From an uncultured virus (IMG/VR IMGVR_UViG_3300021958_011310) (Duplodnaviria > Heunggongvirae > Uroviricota > Caudoviricetes), in the IMG/VR virus record IMGVR_UViG_3300021958_011310: 64,000 bases of DNA; one strand, 5' to 3'. Positions 61,126-64,000 of the stretch are shown here, piece after piece (the first letter of the stretch is position 1; each line of letters begins with the position of its first letter). The position numbers and the translations under genes were made by a program. Under the pieces are notes generated by a model. The model was not told the origin of the DNA, ran no database searches, and saw nothing but the letters and a program-made list of their open reading frames with translations.

Positions 61126-62073
61126 ATGGAACTAATTACAATATGGATGGCGATAGGTTTCTTTTTAGCAGCCTATTCAGTTGTAGCAAACGATTCAGTA
61201 CAAACTTTAGGGACTTGGATAGCATCCAATAACGAAAAGTTTAGATGGACTACAATGTGGGCTGGAGCTTCAATTGTGCTTTTGTTTACATTGTGGTATG
61301 GTTGGACTGTAAACGGGGGAGACATTTCTTATGGAAGATTAACTAAAATACCTTTTGAGGAGGTCCAGTGGTATCACGCTTTAGCTCCTGCGGTTTTACT
61401 TTTATTGACTAGAGTAGGGGTTCCAGTTAGCACTTCTTTTTTAGTTTTATCAGCTTTTGCTTCTACTTTTGTATTAGAAAAGATGTTACTTAAATCAATC
61501 ATGGGTTATGCCGTAGCAGCCGTTGCAGCATATAGTCTTTGGTTTGTAATATCTAAATTACTTGATGAGAGCAAGGATGTAGACGTAAAGCATGAAACCT
61601 TTTGGCGGGTAGCACAATGGACTACTACAGGTTTTTTGTGGTATACATGGCTAGCTCATGACATGGCTAATATTGCTGTATTCTTGCCTAGATCTGTTCC
61701 TGCTGACTTAATGGTTATTATATCCATTGTTTTTGTTGTGGGTTTAGCTTTAATGTTTAAAGAAAAAGGTGGCAAAATCCAACAGATAGTTTTGAGTAAG
61801 CAAAGCACAAAATTTATTCGTTCTGCTACTATTATCGATTTTGTTTATTGGATTATTCTTTACATATTTAAAGAGATTAATAATATTCCTATGTCCACTA
61901 CTTGGGTATTTGTAGGTCTTTTAACTGGTAGAGAGTTAGCTATGGCAACAAGTAACCAAAAAAGAAAACTAAAGCAGGTTTTTCCTCTTGTGGCGAAAGA
62001 TTTTTTTAAAATGATGATTGGGCTTTGCGCTTCTCTAGTTATCGTAGTTTTAATTCATAAGATTCTAAAATAA
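61126..62073 (+). CDS. Phosphate/sulfate permease-like inner-membrane protein (PiT-related)
   Basis: Multi-TM; ANDSVQTLG, PVSTS, HDMAN and PMSTT repeat-domain motifs. Confidence 0.7.
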   Translation: MELITIWMAIGFFLAAYSVVANDSVQTLGTWIASNNEKFRWTTMWAGASIVLLFTLWYGWTVNGGDISYGRLTKIPFEEVQWYHALAPAVLLLLTRVGVPVSTSFLVLSAFASTFVLEKMLLKSIMGYAVAAVAAYSLWFVISKLLDESKDVDVKHETFWRVAQWTTTGFLWYTWLAHDMANIAVFLPRSVPADLMVIISIVFVVGLALMFKEKGGKIQQIVLSKQSTKFIRSATIIDFVYWIILYIFKEINNIPMSTTWVFVGLLTGRELAMATSNQKRKLKQVFPLVAKDFFKMMIGLCASLVIVVLIHKILK

Positions 62074-62287
62074 TAAATATGTCAGATTCAGGAGATAAAA
62101 GATGGGAAGAAAAAGACGATGGAATAAGCACTTTACTTAGGCAACAAAATGAAGAGTTAATAAAAAATTATGAGCAGCAGTGTCAAATTTCTAAAGATCT
62201 CGCAAAAGAAAACGAAGCACTTTTTGACAGCAGAAGAAAATATACTGTAGCCATAGATGAGATAAAGCGAATTCTAAAAAATTTATA

Positions 62288-62998
62288 ATGATAAACCAAA
62301 ACGTTTACATCTTTGATATTGATGGGACACTGACACCACCCCGACAAAAGATAAACACACAGTTTGCGTTGTTCTTCGCGTCTTTTTGTGAGCAAAAACC
62401 TGTTTTTTTAGCTACTGGCAGTGATTATAAAAAAGTAAAAGAACAAATTACTCCAGATATTATTTCTAAAGTAGATGGGATTTTTACTTGTATGGGAAAT
62501 GAGTTGTGGGTCAATGATGAAAAAGTTTACTTTAAAGAATTAAAGGTTCCAGCAGAAGTTGAATTGTGGCTAACAATACAATTGTACGAATCAAAATACC
62601 CAAAAGAAAAATGCGGGAATGTGAATTTTGAATACAGAACAGGCATGTTAAATTTTAGTATTGCAGGTAGAGATATAGATAAGGATAGGCGTTTAGAATA
62701 TTCTACTTGGGATAAAGATAAAAAAGAGCGCCAAAAAATAGTTAAAAATTTCAATAAACTTTTTAAACATCATAATTTAGAAGCTTGTATTGGAGGAGAA
62801 ATCTCGATAGACATTCAAAAAACAGGCTCAGACAAAGGACAAGTTTTTGATTACTTAAGCTTTTATAAAACAAAAGTTTTTTTTGGCGACAAATGTGAGC
62901 CTAGCGGCAATGATTACCCCTTGTATCAGAAATGTGAATTTAAATTTGCTGTAGATAACTGGCTTCACACATCTGCGATACTTAAAAATATTACTTGA
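62288..62998 (+). CDS. HAD-IIB phosphomannomutase-like enzyme
   Basis: FDIDGTLT, TGSD, GGEISIDI and FFGDK...GNDYP motifs. Confidence 0.85.
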   Translation: MINQNVYIFDIDGTLTPPRQKINTQFALFFASFCEQKPVFLATGSDYKKVKEQITPDIISKVDGIFTCMGNELWVNDEKVYFKELKVPAEVELWLTIQLYESKYPKEKCGNVNFEYRTGMLNFSIAGRDIDKDRRLEYSTWDKDKKERQKIVKNFNKLFKHHNLEACIGGEISIDIQKTGSDKGQVFDYLSFYKTKVFFGDKCEPSGNDYPLYQKCEFKFAVDNWLHTSAILKNIT

Positions 62999-63029
62999 CA
63001 CATATTGTTTTTACTTTATCATATTGTAA

Positions 63030-63269
63030 ATGAAAAAAGTGCATGTTGTCACAACCACAAAAGGGCAAACCTATGATCCTCAAGGTACAGTTATAAATAA
63101 AGCTGCAAAACAATTAGGTATTAAAGGTATAGCTGACGTAAAAGCTGGTAGACATTTTCTTTTGATTTTTGAAGATGCAGCGACAGAAGAAGAGATTAAA
63201 AAAGCAACCTTTGAAGCTGCAGAAAAATTATTACACAATAATATCATAGAAGATTACGAAATATTATGA
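63030..63269 (+). CDS. purS: FGAM synthase subunit PurS
   Basis: DPQG and V..G..F motifs; KLL.N.IIEDY C-terminus. Confidence 0.85.
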   Translation: MKKVHVVTTTKGQTYDPQGTVINKAAKQLGIKGIADVKAGRHFLLIFEDAATEEEIKKATFEAAEKLLHNNIIEDYEIL

Positions 63270-63499
63270 TTATGGAACCAAAAAAAGTATTATTATGGTG
63301 GTTCTTATACAACGTTGTAGGTACTTTAGCAGGAGCGGGGATTGGTTTAGCTGGAGGATTTGTCGGTGGATTTTTCGCCGCTATATTAGGCTTGCCTGAA
63401 GCTTTTCAAGCTTTAATTATAACCGCTATTGTTGTTTGTGCGGCTATCGCTAATTTCTTTATATTTAAATGGGCGGTAGGGAAAATCATCGAACCTTGA
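63266..63499 (+). CDS. Small membrane protein
   Basis: Two hydrophobic Gly-rich segments. Confidence 0.55.
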   Translation: MIMEPKKVLLWWFLYNVVGTLAGAGIGLAGGFVGGFFAAILGLPEAFQALIITAIVVCAAIANFFIFKWAVGKIIEP

Positions 63500-63578
63500 A
63501 AATTTAAAAAGCTGAATCATAATTCACATACTTAACATGTTTGACATGTTTCATACAGTCATTATGATTTAGTTTTTA

Positions 63579-63655
63579 GGGCTTTTAGCTCAGTTGGTTA
63601 GAGCATCCGACTCATAATCGGCAGGTCGCAGGTTCAAGTCCTGCAAGGCCCACCA
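63579..63655 (+). tRNA. tRNA with CAT anticodon (likely Ile2/lysidine type; Met possible)
   Basis: GGGCTTT/AAGGCCC acceptor, CTCATAA loop, GTTCAAGTC T-arm and CCA; upstream TTGACA-16 bp-TATGAT promoter at 63541. Confidence 0.93.
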
Positions 63656-63666
63656 ATATTAAAATT

Positions 63667-63906
63667 ATGACATATAGAGAAATCATTAGAAAAATGATGC
63701 TACGAGGAATGCTTTGTCCTACAGTAGATGATGAACGAGGTTTATTTTGGGTTAGTTTTAATGAGTTAGAATTGCTAGAAAAAGAATTTGACTTGAAGTA
63801 TTTAGAAGAAACGCCAGAAGCTAAAGGGAAAGATTTCTTTATAGATAAGCAAGGGCGGAAGCAGCTGATTCTATCCAATCCTTTAAAATTTACAAAAAAA
63901 GATTAA
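63667..63906 (+). CDS. Hypothetical protein
   Basis: 79-aa ORF after the tRNA. Confidence 0.5.
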   Translation: MTYREIIRKMMLRGMLCPTVDDERGLFWVSFNELELLEKEFDLKYLEETPEAKGKDFFIDKQGRKQLILSNPLKFTKKD

Positions 63907-64000
63907 TTATGGGTAAAGGCGACAAACCAAGAAACTGTTTTTCAACAGGATTTAAAAACAATTACGATGATATTAATTGGGGAGTAAGTGAAAACAAACC

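Overview
AT-rich, gene-dense segment of a large tailed dsDNA bacteriophage genome (probably jumbo-like; host unknown, possibly aquatic). In order, the window holds: two GNVGIGT-repeat tail-fibre-like genes; a large glycosylation cluster (about a dozen glycosyltransferases, methyltransferases, gmd and fcl); a tail-tube-like gene; a leftward operon (dUTPase, dNMP kinase, phage sigma factor, GT4, Hsp20) next to a perfect 13-bp tandem array; class I RNR; a replication block (RecA, DnaB, primase, exonuclease, and a DnaE split into PHP and core with a SET-domain gene and DnaQ in between); a Clp ATPase; a tubulin/FtsZ homologue; purT, purM and purS; a phosphate porin plus permease; and two tRNAs. The most unusual locus is 54.06-56.96 kb. 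There, two arrays of chained, +1-overlapping mini-ORFs built from a 12-bp (Q-V-x-x) repeat flank a DUF6745-like two-gene cassette. All calls come from motif recognition by eye; no searches were run.
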